A DNA stretch of 64,000 bases from Octopus sinensis (GCF_006345805.1 NC_043007.1:55056001-55120000); one strand, 5' to 3'; numbered from the stretch's first letter, positions 27,909 through 41,218 are shown. Numbers and translations: made by a program. The notes: generated by a model from the sequence alone, not told the origin.

Positions 27909-28019
27909 CTTGAGGGAAATTTCGAACCTGGTTTCTCATTCCTAAGGTATTTTTCAATGTTGTTGTTGTTGTTGTTGTTGTTGTTATTATTATTATTATT
28001 GTTTTTGTTGTTGTTACTG

Positions 28020-28107
28020 TTATTGTTCAGGTCACTGCTTGGAATCGAACTCGGAATCATGGGGTAAGTAGCCCGCGCTCTTAACCACTATGCCATGTGC
28101 CCGTGGT
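28020..28107 (-). mobile_element. tRNA-derived SINE head
   Basis: A box TGGCATAGTGG, B box GAGTTCGATTCC; no 3' acceptor stem. Confidence 0.75.
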
Positions 28108-28495
28108 TATATCAATAAACAAGATGTGGATGAATCCGGCGAATGTAAATAATGTAAATAATATGGAGAAACTTGTCGGCAAATAAATATTAATTATGAC
28201 GATTTGTACAAAGACTGGAATGCGTGGTAATTTTTCTATAAATAGTTGAATTAAATGAAATTGAAATATAATTGGACACGAATGCAAAAAAGGAAAATAT
28301 ACAAAAGGAAAAGGAAACAGAAAATATCTATTGTGAGATGTATTTAGTAATGAAGATTAAAATCATATTAAGTGATAGATATGTGCAACATACTTCGTCA
28401 GCAGAAGTTCCACAAGAGCAATGGAAAACGATTACATACAGACAGAAAAATATACACGAAAATACATAAAATACTTATAAACAACATGTAATTAT

Positions 28496-28678
<183 letters not shown>

Positions 28679-29521
28679 TGATATGTGAGTTGCTTTGAGT
28701 CTTATTTCTAGCAATACTGGTGCTGACTTTCTCCCTTAGTCACTTTAGTGACGATTTTACTTATGCCTTTTGGTTTTAAATTGCGACCAGCCATCTATAT
28801 ATATATATATATTAATAAATGAAATAAAACATATGCATATATATAAACATATATGTACGTACCTACCTCTACATATAAGTCAGGCATTCGTCGTGACAAG
28901 ACGTACTTTTCATAGCTCCGGTCAGTAGCCAAAGAAGCATATTTCAACTCAAGCCAGCAGAAACTCTCCTTGTTTTTAGTCTCAGAACTTTTGAATTCTA
29001 CAATTCTACTATTCTACTCTTTTACTACCATCGGAGGATAAATTTATACAAATCTATATACAACCTGGAGAAAGAAATATAAACCAAAACTAAACCCAAG
29101 ACTAGTTCTAAAACTAGTCCCGTGAGTACAATTCTTCTTTCTTTTTTTCTTGATCTGTATTAAACACACCGCTCATCCTGATTGTACTAAATACACTGAA
29201 CTCTCCAGTACACAAGCCACGCATTTCCGAGTATATCGACACAAACTTTTCAACGGTGTATTCACTATTTTACATCAAGCCATCAATAACTGGTGTACAT
29301 ATACATATACACGCATACACATACATATATATTACACAATACTGTCCCACTGAATATGGCCAATAATATTCAAAAATGCCACTGGGTTGAAAATGAAATT
29401 ACTGCAATGATAAACGCTTGGTTCATTCATCACAACGAAGCTAATGTTTACCGTAAAATAGCTGAAAAACTTAATAATAAAATAAGAGATTAAAAGAATA
29501 TTTCCTATTTTCCACGCGCAC

Positions 29522-30651
29522 ATGGCAACACTAGAAGCCATTCTTGCCAATGAATGCAGTGCACCAAATGACCCAACTCCAACAGGTCAGGGGTCACTTC
29601 AACAACAACAAACAACTGACCTAATTCCATTGGAACCAGCACCTGACGACCCAAATCAAGTTTCACTGCTGCTACAGCAACAACAACAACAACAACAACA
29701 TTCTGCTACTGCTACAAGTCAAGTTTCACTGCTGCTACAGCAACAACAACAACAACAACAATACTCTGCTACTGCTACTACAGCCTGAATAGAAAAACCA
29801 CTACTACACCCACATAAAACACCCTGCCATTACTATTCTCAAGGCAGCTGTAGATTTGGCCCCATTCTGGCAAGCCAGAACCCACTATCACAAAAACAAC
29901 AACCTGCTTCTGCCACTACATTGAAACAACAACACTCTGCTACTGCTACTACAGCCAGAATAGAAAAACCACTACTACACCCACATAAAACACCCTGCCG
30001 TTACTATTCTCAAGGCAGCTGTAGATTTGGCCCCAGCGGCACCAACAACAATGGACGCTGTGCTTTTTCCCATCCTACCTTATGTTGTAGACTTGTTAAG
30101 GGCACCTGTCCATATGGTATAACGGGAAAAAACTGCCCTCACCTCCACCCCAAATACAGAGTCCATGGTCCTGATCCCAAATATGGATGCACAAAAGGCA
30201 ATGGATGCACCTTATTCCATCCTAAACTGTGCCAAAATTCTGTGTCACAAAGGATGTGCCTGAACCCAGAATGCAACCACCACCATCTGAAGGGCACAAT
30301 ACGATCACAGAATAAATATAAACAGCAACAGAGGAATCTAAGACAACAACAAGAACAAAATACAACCACGTTTCCCCTCCTACAATCAAACAACGTAGAC
30401 AGAACCATGAAAAAACCATAACACCAAATAACACCAACATGAAATATATATCCTCTGACCAAGTGGCAAACCAAAGAGGTAACTCTTTTTTACTGACTTA
30501 CCTAGAAAATATGAAGGCCGACCTAAGCCAGGAGATCCAACGAGCTATCAGCAACCACCTATGCAAATCACAAGGACCACACACCCATTACCAACAAGAA
30601 AATCATACACACACAGCTCCATACAAGAACTACCCACATTGTTACAACTGA
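29522..30651 (+). pseudogene. CR1 ORF1 with tandem CCCH-type zinc fingers and internal duplications
   Basis: CRYYSQGSCRFG..CAFSHP, CPYG..CPHLHP, CTKGNGCTLFHP, CLNPECNHHH. Confidence 0.7.
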
Positions 30652-30699
30652 ACAACATAAAACATAACTTAGAACAATGCAAACATCAAACTTCCCTTA

Positions 30700-33062
30700 C
30701 CTCGACATTCCTGTTAAATGTACGTGGCATCAACCCAATTATTGCCCCAAAATGGAAGATCCCATATATAGAGAGTTGGCTTGCCGAAACGGCACATTGC
30801 TTCCCTTTCTTTATCCTTACCGAGACTCACCTGAACAACACCCATATGGACGCCGAGGTGAAAATAAAAGATTTCACCATTGTTCGTGCGGATCGCACAG
30901 ACCGAAATAAGGGAGGGACAGCCATCTTTATCCATGACTCCTTTTCACTTGATGCCAAGGACATATTTTCCAATGGCTACTATGAATCGGTATCACTATT
31001 CAGCAAGGCCAAGGACATAATCATTGTTGGTCTTTACAGGCCTCCCCAAGCACCTCAAAAGTGCTTTGAAGAGTGCCTTAGCAAAGTCAAGTCCTTCCTT
31101 CGGAAGTACCACTCCGGAAACATACTAGTGATGGGTGATTTTAACCTCCCTCAAGTGAACTGGCCCACAAATACTCTGAAGTTAGGCAAGTGCTCTACAT
31201 CAGATAGAGCAGCAGCAGAACTGCTCTTTAATCTGATGGATGAATACTTCCTGACTCAGCTAGTGCTCGAACTAACGAGGCAGAATAAAACGATCTTGGA
31301 TCTGGTATTGACCAATCACTCTAGCTTTGTTCACAGTATTTCAGTTGAAAAAACTCTCCTCTCAGACCACGACATGGTACTCTGCAATTTTAATTCACGA
31401 CATATAAAAACCAAACCAGCCAATCCCACTCCATGGCACCCATTTGACAACATAAACTTCTACAAAGCGGACTGGGGAGCAATCAGAAAGGATCTGTCTT
31501 TCATCGACTGGTCTTTTACTCTCAATTCCACCCATATTGAGATCGCATGGCAGCACTTTGAAAACATTGTCACCTATACATGCTCTAAACACGCTCCCAC
31601 GAAATCTACTAACACAAACAGAAACCGGCTCCCTAAAAAGAAAAAAACAGTCACCAGGCGCATCAAAAGACTCAACAAAAAAATCAACCAATTAAAATAT
31701 TCCCACACACAACATCCACATTCAACCACAATGAAAAGGCTAGAGCTGGAAAAACTTCATCTGCAGACCGACATGAAAACCTCCATTGAAAATCAAAGAG
31801 CTGTGGAGGAACAATGGGTAATCAAAAACATCAAACAGAACCCAAAAGTGTTCTATTCTTATGCAAATAAGCATAGAACCACTGTCTCACCCATTGGGCC
31901 ATTGATTGATGATAACGGCATTCCCCAACACGATGCTAAAGAAATGGCAGAAATACTGCAGAAACAATACTGCTCTGTCTTTAGTGTTCCCACTGATATT
32001 GACGTAAGAGAAGCGAACGAAGTTGACTCCCAACATAAAATCTCAGACATAACCTTCACTGCCACTGACACCGTAGCAGCAATAAATGAGGTCAAATACT
32101 ACTCTGCTGTAGGCCCTGATAGATTCCCCGCTAGTCTCCTGAAGGCATGTAGACACCAACTTGCAGTCCCTCTGACCAAGCTCTGGAGAAATTCGTTAGA
32201 CGCAGGTTATATACCGAAACAGTTTCTATCCCAGTCAGTCATCCCGGTTTTCAAACAGGGAAACAGATCCCTCGCAGTCAACTATCGCCCAATCTCACTC
32301 ACCTCCCACATCATTAAAGTGTTTGAAGCGATCAAGGATAGCTGACTTCCTGGAGACCCACAAACTCCTAAATGCAAATCAGCATGGCTTTCGCTGTGGC
32401 AGGGACTGTCTAACACAGCTCTTACACCACATTGAAGATGTACTCAAAGCCTTGGGAACAGGTTCGAACTCTGACGTCATATATCTTGACTTCAGTAAAG
32501 CGTTCGACAGGGTAGACCATAATATCCTACTCTCAAAATTGGCAAATGTTGGAATCCGTGGAAAAGTTCTACACTGGATTAAGTATTTCCTGGCGAATAG
32601 AACACAACATGTTGTAGTTGATGGAGTCCATTCAAGCCCAGCAAAAGTCACCAGCGGTGTTCCCCAGGGAACTGTTTTGGGTTCGCTACTCTTCATAATT
32701 TACGTAAACGACCTTTCCAGTGTCGTACATTACTGCAAAGTGAAAATATTCGCTGATGACACTAAGCTCCAGCAAATCGTCAATGAAGAAGCAGACCGAA
32801 CTCAACTCCAGTCTGATCTATATGCTGTGAGTCAATGGGCAGACAGAAACAAAATGCAACTGAATGAGGGAAAATTTGAGCTGATGCATTTTGGAAGAAA
32901 TTCCTCACTAAAACAACCATACTCTCTTCCTTCAGGGGAACCGCTCACAGCCTCTAACAATATCAAAGACCTGGGTGTAATTGTTGAGGACGATCTCAGT
33001 TGGAGTGCACACATCAACAAGAAGGTCGATATAGCTCGTAGGATGAGTTCCTGGATCTTAAA
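30700..33062 (+). pseudogene. CR1 ORF2 (APE-RT), frameshift near 32330, truncated
   Basis: ORFs 30561-32345 and 32323-33141. Confidence 0.85.
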
Positions 33063-34480
33063 GATGTACAAAGATGCATGTTTTGAATGTGCGTGTGATT
33101 GCACCCGTCTGCGTGTACACACTCATATATACATATATTAATATTTATTTACTTTTTTGAAAGAGTGTATTTTATAAATATGTGTATGGGATGATATGTG
33201 TGAATGTATATATTTATATATATTTTATATATATATATATATTTATGTTTGTATATGTATTTATTTAATCATTTATTGAGAGTCGGATTGAATATATTGG
33301 TGTATATATCGAGTTTTGTACGTATGTATATGTATGTGTGAGTGTGTATATGGTTATGTTTGTGGGTGTGTGTATATATGTGTGTATTTGTGTGTATTGT
33401 GGATTTGGTAAGGGGTTTTTATCTTTATATTTGTATGTATGGATTTCATTTATCATGATTATTTTATTAAGAATTTTTTAGTATTTTAGTCCCCATGCAT
33501 TATAGCTTGGTATGTTGTTCATGGTAGTTTTATATTGGGTATTGTTTTGTAGCCATTTATACATATATTTAGATGTCTAGGAGAGTGTCCGTGAATATGC
33601 ATATTACGTATGTGTATTTTTGTGTGTGAATGTATTATGGGGATTGCTATATAGGTATTATTGTGTATGGTAAAGGGTGTTTTATCATTATATGTATATA
33701 TGGGTTTCATTATCATGATTGGTTTATTAATGATTTTGGAGTAAATTCTGTATATTTACGTTGATTAAATATTATTCCATTCTTTCCATTCATAATTTTA
33801 AAAAAAACGTTCGATCACCACGCGCAAAGAATTGTTTATTTTTCTTTTAAGTGTTTATGTATGTGTGAATGTGTGTGTGTGTGTGATTGTTTGCGTAATT
33901 TATTTATCTGTATGGGTGTGGGTGTGAATATATTGGTGTATATATCGAGTTCTGTATGTATGTATATGTATGTGTGAGCCGGTATATGTATATTGTTTAT
34001 GTCTGTGGGTTGTATGTGTGTGTGAGGGAGTATGAATAAGTAATGTGTTGAAGTATTTGGCTATTTTATTAATTTATTAATTTATCGTTTTTATGTGTAT
34101 GTATAGAGATATATATATTGGTGTGTGAGTTAGTGTATGTATTTAGATATGGTTATATATACTTAGTTATATGTGTATGAGCATGTGTGTATATATAGTT
34201 TATTTTTATTTTGTTTTTGTTTTTGTTTGTTGTTTTGTTTTTTGTTTTTTTTTGTTTTTTGTTTTTTGTTTTTGTTTTTTTTTTGCTTTTTGTTTTTTGT
34301 TTTTTGTACATCTTTAAATATGAGAACTTTAATAATAGGTTTCTTTATATTCAATTGTTTATAGGGTTTATTTTAGATTATATATTGATTATATATAGAT
34401 TATATATATTTATATTTTTCATTGATAATTTTATTATTTTAAACTTATATTTTAATATATTGATATTTTAGATCGAAAAT

Positions 34481-34523
34481 CCACCTGACGAATGTCATTG
34501 AAGACATGAAACGATTGTAGTGG
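34481..34523 (+). ncRNA. Canonical minimal type I hammerhead
   Basis: CCAC-CTGACGA-ATGTC-ATTGAA-GACAT-GAAA-C-GATT-G-TA-GTGG. Confidence 0.8.
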
Positions 34524-34777
34524 CGGTTTATTTCTTTATATTAAAATTTTTATGTATTGATTAAGTCTTTCCTTGTTTGTTTTGCAAAATAGTGGTTTTG
34601 TCTCGAATTAATATTATATAATATTTTACTATAAAATTGGATTTAATCCTAAATCTGATTTTTTCCCTGTAAATTTGGATTTATTCCCTAATATTTATAT
34701 ATATATATGTATGTATACAGATATATATGTATATATATATACATGTATATATATATGTATGTATATAGATATATATG

Positions 34778-34825
<48 letters not shown>

Positions 34826-34956
34826 GATACATACATATGTATATATTCCTGATAAATCTCTGAAACTAGATAAAAGCGCTAAATAAATAATTATCCAAAA
34901 TTCTAACTTCTTTTTCTTAATATATACAATCTTTACACTACTTCAATATATATATA

Positions 34957-36373
34957 CAATTGCGGCCAAAATGTTCAGAACGGCATTGTTTTCGTCAGAA
35001 AAGTAGGTATAAGTTTTTATCAAAAGTTGTTTTATATTCTATAATTTTCACAGACAATAAATACGATATTATTTGTTATTGTCTGAGATTTTGGTGTAAT
35101 TTGAGAGGATAATACAAAAGTTATGGATGATTTAGTGATTTGCTGCAAAACCCATGGCGGCCAAAATGAAAAACTAACAAAATAATAAAAAATTACAGAG
35201 AATACTGGAATTATTTAATATTTAGTGTGAAGCCCTTTAGCTTCAATCACACTTTGACATCTTCGACTGCATGAGGAAATTAAAATTTCAATTTCTTGCT
35301 GGGTGATCTTATTCAAATCTTCCTGAAGGGCATTCCATAATTGCTCGGTTGTTTTAGGATTTCTGGCTTTCGAACGTTCTCCTAGAATATTCCACACATT
35401 TTCAATAGGATTGAAATCTGGGCTTTGAGCAGGCCAATCCATAATAATAACCTTTTCAGCCTTGAGGAAGTTCATGACCACCTTAGCCTTGTGACATGGG
35501 GCATTGTCCTGCATGAATATGGGTGGTCGCTTAGTTGAATTTCTCAGCATAGGCAAGACATGATCTTTTACAAGTTGTTTATAAACTCCTGCATTTACAT
35601 TTCCATGCAATCGCACCAAAAGGCCCACACCATCTCCAGATATCATCCCCCAAACCATGACACTTCCTCCACCGAATTTAACACTAGTCTTAAGGCATTT
35701 AGGCGACAATTTTTCACCTTCTTTTCGACGAACGTACCTTCTCCCATCTGAGCTAAATAACATAAACTTAGATTCATCACTGAAATGCACCGTTTGCCAT
35801 TTTTCTTGAGACCACAACACATGTTTAGTTGCAAAGGTAAGACGACACTTTTTATTCTTGGAGCTGATCAGTGGCTTCACTGCAGGTGCTCTTGCTTGTA
35901 GGTCATGTTCAACTAAACGACGAGACACAGTTTTTCGAGATAAAGTTTTCTTCAGTACAATGCTCATTTTCCGAGAAACAACAGCAGCAGTTTTAAATCT
36001 GTCCTTTTTAACCAACTTTACCATAGCACGATCTTCTCTCTTGGTCGCTTTTCTTGGCCTACCTGTAGACTTTATTGCTTCACACGAACCATAATCATCG
36101 TAGACCTTAAGAATACCGTGAACATCACTTTTTGACTTGTTAACAATCTTTGCAATAAAGCCAATACTTAAATTATCCTTCTTTCGAAGCTTAATAATCT
36201 GCTGATGAATTGGTGACGGAGTAAGTGGCATTATATTAATAAAGTACACTGAAAGCATTCTATAATTAGTAAACGAACCGTCACGTAAACAAATTCAAAA
36301 CATTAGAGTTCGCCGGTTAAATATACTAAAACACGGAGTAATAGCAACCGTTCTGATCATTTTGGCTGCGATG
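34957..36373 (-). mobile_element. Tc1 DD34E transposon
   Basis: TA then CAATTGCGGCCAAAATGTTCAGAACGG; imperfect inverted partner at 36348-36373. Confidence 0.9.
35215..36258 (-). CDS. Intact Tc1 transposase (347 aa from the first ATG)
   Basis: HTH, GRPR hook, FSDESKF, VKFGGGSVMVWG, QDNAPCH, SPDFNPIENVW; 34 residues between D and E. Confidence 0.92.
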   Translation of the reverse strand: MLSVYFINIMPLTPSPIHQQIIKLRKKDNLSIGFIAKIVNKSKSDVHGILKVYDDYGSCEAIKSTGRPRKATKREDRAMVKLVKKDRFKTAAVVSRKMSIVLKKTLSRKTVSRRLVEHDLQARAPAVKPLISSKNKKCRLTFATKHVLWSQEKWQTVHFSDESKFMLFSSDGRRYVRRKEGEKLSPKCLKTSVKFGGGSVMVWGMISGDGVGLLVRLHGNVNAGVYKQLVKDHVLPMLRNSTKRPPIFMQDNAPCHKAKVVMNFLKAEKVIIMDWPAQSPDFNPIENVWNILGERSKARNPKTTEQLWNALQEDLNKITQQEIEILISSCSRRCQSVIEAKGLHTKY

Positions 36374-36374
36374 T

Positions 36375-36690
36375 TGCCCGGTTTTGGGCGTCCTCCCTTC
36401 TCAAGCCAACCCTCCCAATCTCCACCTTCACCCGTTCGCTCCACGTTTTCCTCGATCTACCTCGGTTTCGCGGTCCATTTACCTCAAACTCAAGCACCCT
36501 CTTCGGCACATGCTCCTCATCCCTCCTCAACACAGGCCCATACCACTGCATCCGCCCTTGCCAGCCGTTCCACCGATTCCTTCAACCCCAGCATCCTCAT
36601 CAAGTCCTCATTCCTCCTCTTATCAAAAAGCTTCACTCCACACATTTCTCTCACCATTGCTCTCTCGGTCCTTCACAAAATTTACACACA
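36375..36690 (-). mobile_element. RTE 3' fragment
   Basis: QWYGPVLRRDEEHVPKRVLEFEVNGPRNRGRSRKTW. Confidence 0.75.
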
Positions 36691-36786
36691 CACACACATG
36701 CACACATACACACGCACACACACACAGGGTATATATATATATTCGATTAATGAGAGGGAGAGATGGAAGATACGAGAATGTTTATT

Positions 36787-36894
36787 GATCACTACAATTG
36801 TTTCGACCAATCTAGCATCGATCCCGCACGGGTGGGATACTGAACAAGTGCTTTAGGAGTATCCGCCGGTGTGGATATGTCTCCTCAGTTGATT
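36787..36894 (-). ncRNA. Hammerhead motif with about 70-nt stem II insert
   Basis: CTGAGGA-GAC...GTC-GAAA; palindrome ACAATTGT; GUA site; stem I ATCA/TGAT with the closing pair mismatched. Confidence 0.55.
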
Positions 36895-37555
36895 AAAAAA
36901 TGTATCTAGTTAAAATAACTTTTGTTACGCTAGTTTTCTTCTCGGTATGCGTATACAAAAGTAACAAATGAAGGGATACAGTTCAGTAATAATTATCAGG
37001 TGCAAAAATAAACAAATACACAATACAACAAAAAAAGTATTAAATATAACCGAGGAATCCCTGTGTATTTTGTGGATCAATGAGAAGATCATTAATAGTA
37101 TTAGTGAAAAACTGTCAAGATGCATACATGTTTATAAATGCACTTCCGCACAATGCAGTAGGAATTAATATGAGTAATCATTAACCAAATTAATAACCGT
37201 AATTTACTTTAAGGTATAGATAAATTAACTGTAACCTCATTCTTATAAACGCAAAGTATCTATTTACTTTGCTGTGTGAGCGTATGTGCGCCAAGCTACG
37301 CGTATGCGTATCCTTTTATCTTCGTGTAAGTTTGTACGAGCGAGTGTACGTGCGTCATATAACCTATACATCCATATCTGTTAACGGTTATATTTAATAC
37401 TTTTTTCGCTGTATTGTGTATTTGTTTCTTTTTGCATTTGATTTTTATTGATCTTCTATTATAATGAAGCTGTATCCATTAATTTGTTGCTTTTGTATAC
37501 ACATAGCGAGAAGAGAACTAGCGAAACAGACATTTTATAACGAGATACATCTTGC

Positions 37556-37663
37556 AATGAACTGAAGAGACACATCTACACAGGCGGATACTCCTAAAGC
37601 AGCTGTTCAGTAACCCACCCATGAGGGATCGATGTTGGATGGGTCGAAGCAGTTGTAGTGATC
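37556..37663 (+). ncRNA. Degenerate paralog of the 36787 hammerhead
   Basis: CTGAAGA-GAC...GTC-GAAG-CAGTTG-TA-GTGATC. Confidence 0.45.
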
Positions 37664-37829
37664 AGTAAATATTCTCGTATCACCCATCTTCCGTCACTCT
37701 CATTAATCAAATACACAACGAACATTGTGAAAGTGAACATACTTTGCCAGTAAGCTACCAGGTGTATACCATACGATTTATAATCTAATATATATATGCA
37801 TAAACATGTATACACACACATGTATGTAT

Positions 37830-38178
<349 letters not shown>

Positions 38179-38259
38179 ATTTTAAGAGCATGCACACTTA
38201 CAGTGTAGCCCAGTATCGTTTTTAAAGATTGGAAAGGGCTCGATACTTCCATTACTTAC

Positions 38260-38321
38260 CTTTAATCACGCTTCTTCATATTAATAAAGATCACGACAGA
38301 CAGTCTCTACCGGGGGCAGAT
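38260..38321 (-). CDS. Candidate host gene exon 4 (D-LPPVETVCRDLY-stop plus 3' UTR)
   Basis: Acceptor ttttactgtttctttag, donor GTAAGT; phase matches exon 3. Confidence 0.5.
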
Positions 38322-38365
38322 CTAAAGAAACAGTAAAAGAAATCTTACACGAATGTACATGTATA

Positions 38366-40141
38366 TAGTATCTCTCAGAAGTATGTGCACTCCTAAAAAA
38401 AATTCAGTAAAGTTGCCATTACTCTGATAATATCGAAGAAAATCAAAAGAAATTTATACTGAATAAAATATATTATACATGCAATCATTATACAAGTTTG
38501 GATCACAAAGCAATAAACATTTTCAAAGATATGAACGAAATATTACTTTTCAAACGTTACAAAAATATGTACACCCTAAAAGAAATTTGCTATATTCAGT
38601 ATTTGGTGTGACCACACTTGCTTTCAATGACTGCTTTAAGTCTTCTGGACTAAATTTCCGCATATAACCGTTGAAATCAACCTCCATTCATCCTGAATGA
38701 TGTCTTTCATTGCGGGTTTTTTTCTCCTCAACCTTCCTTTTCAAAACACCCCACAGATGTTCTATCGGGTTTTAATCAGGTGACATGTCAATACCTTTGT
38801 ATCTGATAAAAAAAATCTTAGACGTCATCTTTGAAGTGTGTTCGAACATGGAATGTCTTCCTAGTTCCTTGATGCTTTTCAACATTGTTTTCTGCAATAT
38901 GTTACAATAAAGCCTTGAGTCCTGGCGGCAAGCTGGCAGAAACGTTAGCACACCGGGCGAAATATTTAGCGGTATTTCGTCTGTCTTTACGTTCTGAGTT
39001 CAAATTCCACCGGGGTCGACTTTGCCTTTCATCCTTTCGGGGATAAATTAAGTACCAGTTGCGTACTGGGATACATCTAATCAACTGGCCCCCACCCCCC
39101 AAAATTTCGGGCCTTGTGCCTAGAGTAGAAAAAATGTGAGTTCTCCCACACCAGCCACACTCAAGCATCCCCGATGCATAACACTTCCGCTGTGTTTCAC
39201 GGTATGTACGGTACATTTCTTGCTATTATCTTCGCTTGGTCGTCGCCATACTCGTTTAATACCATCTGACCTAAGCGAGTTGATTTTAGTCTCGACAGAA
39301 AAAAGAATTTTATTCCAAAACTCCTTCCATTCACTCACATAGGTTTCGGCAGAAGAAAGACGACTTGATTTATGCCTGGTAGTGAGGAGAGGCTTCCTAC
39401 GGGGAATGCGTCCATGAAGACCACACTGGTTCAAACTTCGATGAACTGTTTGGGCGGATACACTCTTTTCACTAACAGAAGATACTTCTTGGGCCAAAGA
39501 TGAAGCGGTACGACGCCTGTCGTCCATCACGCAACGTTGGATGTGACGAATATCAAGCGCAGTTAAAACAGAAGGACGACCTGGACGATGTTTATTGCAT
39601 AGCCGTCCAGTAGCTTTGTACTTCTAAATTATTTTAGCAACAGTGTTTACGTTAATATGTATTCGTTTGCTAATATACTTGTATCCTAAACCACTCTTGT
39701 GCAAATTAAAAATAATTTTCTTCAAATCTTCAGACAATTCTTTTCCTTTTGGTGCCATTTTAATCACAATGAAGATTTTCACCACGGTACACAAATCAGA
39801 ATTCTTGCAGATACAATAACAATGACCGGTGCAATATTCCAGGAGAAATAATTTATTAGAATTGAAATTATCAGCAATATCTGAATTAGAAAAAAACGTG
39901 GATAAAATATTGAATATAGCAATTTCCTTTAGGGTGTACATACTTTTGTAACGTTTGAAAATTAATACTTCGTTCATATCTTTGAAAGCGTTTATTGTTT
40001 TATGTTTCAAATTTGTGTAATGTTTGCATGTATAATATATTTTATTCAGTATAAATTTCGTTTGATTTCCTTCGATATTATCAGAGGAATGGCACTTTTA
40101 CTGAAAATTTTAAGGGGTACACATACTTCTGAGAGACACTG
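38366..40141 (-). mobile_element. Tc1 with long IR/DR-type TIRs (~233 bp), degenerate
   Basis: 38366-38598 is the reverse complement of 39910-40141; TA flanks; MAPKGKELSEDLKKII and RRKPLLTTRHK...VKHSGSVM. Confidence 0.9.
38924..39133 (+). mobile_element. tRNA-derived SINE nested in the Tc1
   Basis: Same family as 3400-3650. Confidence 0.85.
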
Positions 40142-40356
40142 TATAATGCATACACACATGCATACATACAAACATGCATACATACATACATATATACACA
40201 TATATATATAAATATATATATACATATATATATGCATATATGGGTACAGGACGTCACCAACTGTAAACAACATGAAGTACGAAAACAAGCGAGTTAAATA
40301 CGCAAACAGCGAGAGTAAAAATGGAAAACAGGACAGGTAACAGGGAACGACCTTTC

Positions 40357-40440
40357 TTTTCGACATATGTTTCGAAGTCTGCAAAATCCCTAATTCCAAA
40401 TGAATAAGGAGTCCATTATGCAGCTTTCTCTTCAGGAAAA
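40357..40440 (-). ncRNA. Hammerhead with canonical core, long stem II
   Basis: TTTTC-CTGAAGA-GAAAGCTGCA...TGCAGACTTC-GAAA-CATATG-TC-GAAAA. Confidence 0.8.
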
Positions 40441-40521
40441 TTCAGGAACTGTTTACTCTTATCACGGAACGTGGAAAAATGATTTGATATCCTTGTGGCT
40501 AATTTAGAGGAGGTTGCGCTA

Positions 40522-41218
40522 AAATAGCACAGATATTAGCAGCCTTCATACCAGCATTGGCGTTAGTAATAGTAATAAGGATAAGAGCATTGGCCTGGTC
40601 ATTAACGGAGGGGGTCTCAACAATAATAGTAGCAGCGGTTTCAACAACAGTAGTTTTACGGACAATAACCATCACAGCATTCCCAGAAACAGGGAATGTG
40701 CAGTTGATATTGCCTTAAATAGTAATGAAAATAGGTTGAATAGTATAGAATACAGCAGTAATTTTTACAACAATCATAGAAATAAGAACGCTGTATTAGT
40801 ATCGGAAACTAATCCCAATAGATTAAGGTTCTTATCAAATAACTCCAAAATTAGAAACACCACTTACCAGTGCAAAATTTCTGCTGGATCCGATGTCTAC
40901 CTCTATATTGGCGCAACCTCCTCTAAATTAGCCACAAGGATATCAAATCATTTTTCCACGTTTCGTGATAAGAGTAAACAGCATGCCACGGGGCTAAGCA
41001 AATTAGCCTGGCGTTTGAAGAACGCAAATTCAACTTTTAAGCTATGGTCAATATTATCGGTGTTCTTACCGTTTGATAAGGCAAGAAAAATCTGTGCCCT
41101 CTGTAATTCCGAATTCTTTCATATTCTGTTTGCCCGAGGCCAACTAATAAACTCGATTGTCGAGAGATCTTTCAGATGCCTACACTGGAAAAAGCATACC
41201 TTTCACTCATACCAATGA
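40522..41218 (+). CDS. PLE N/S-rich linker plus GIY-YIG endonuclease (open frame, 5'-truncated)
   Basis: TYQCKI..YLYIGAT..L.TRISNH..F..ATGLSKLAW.LK..WSI..C.LC. Confidence 0.8.

Larger units (their letters stand above)
28930..33062 (+). mobile_element. CR1-clade LINE, 3'-truncated; 5' boundary approximate
   Basis: ORF1 with CCCH fingers; ORF2 APE (LLNVRGI, LTETHL, GDFNLP, LDLVL, SDHD) and RT (YLDFSKAFDRV, SGVPQGTVLG, FADDTK). Confidence 0.85.

Noticed and set aside
28020-28107. Possible tRNA gene
   Set aside because: A and B boxes are present but there is no acceptor stem; SINE head
38260-38321. DLPPVETVC recalling the vertebrate securin C-terminus (ELPPVCCD)
   Set aside because: Too short; no KEN or D-box found; no gene symbol assigned
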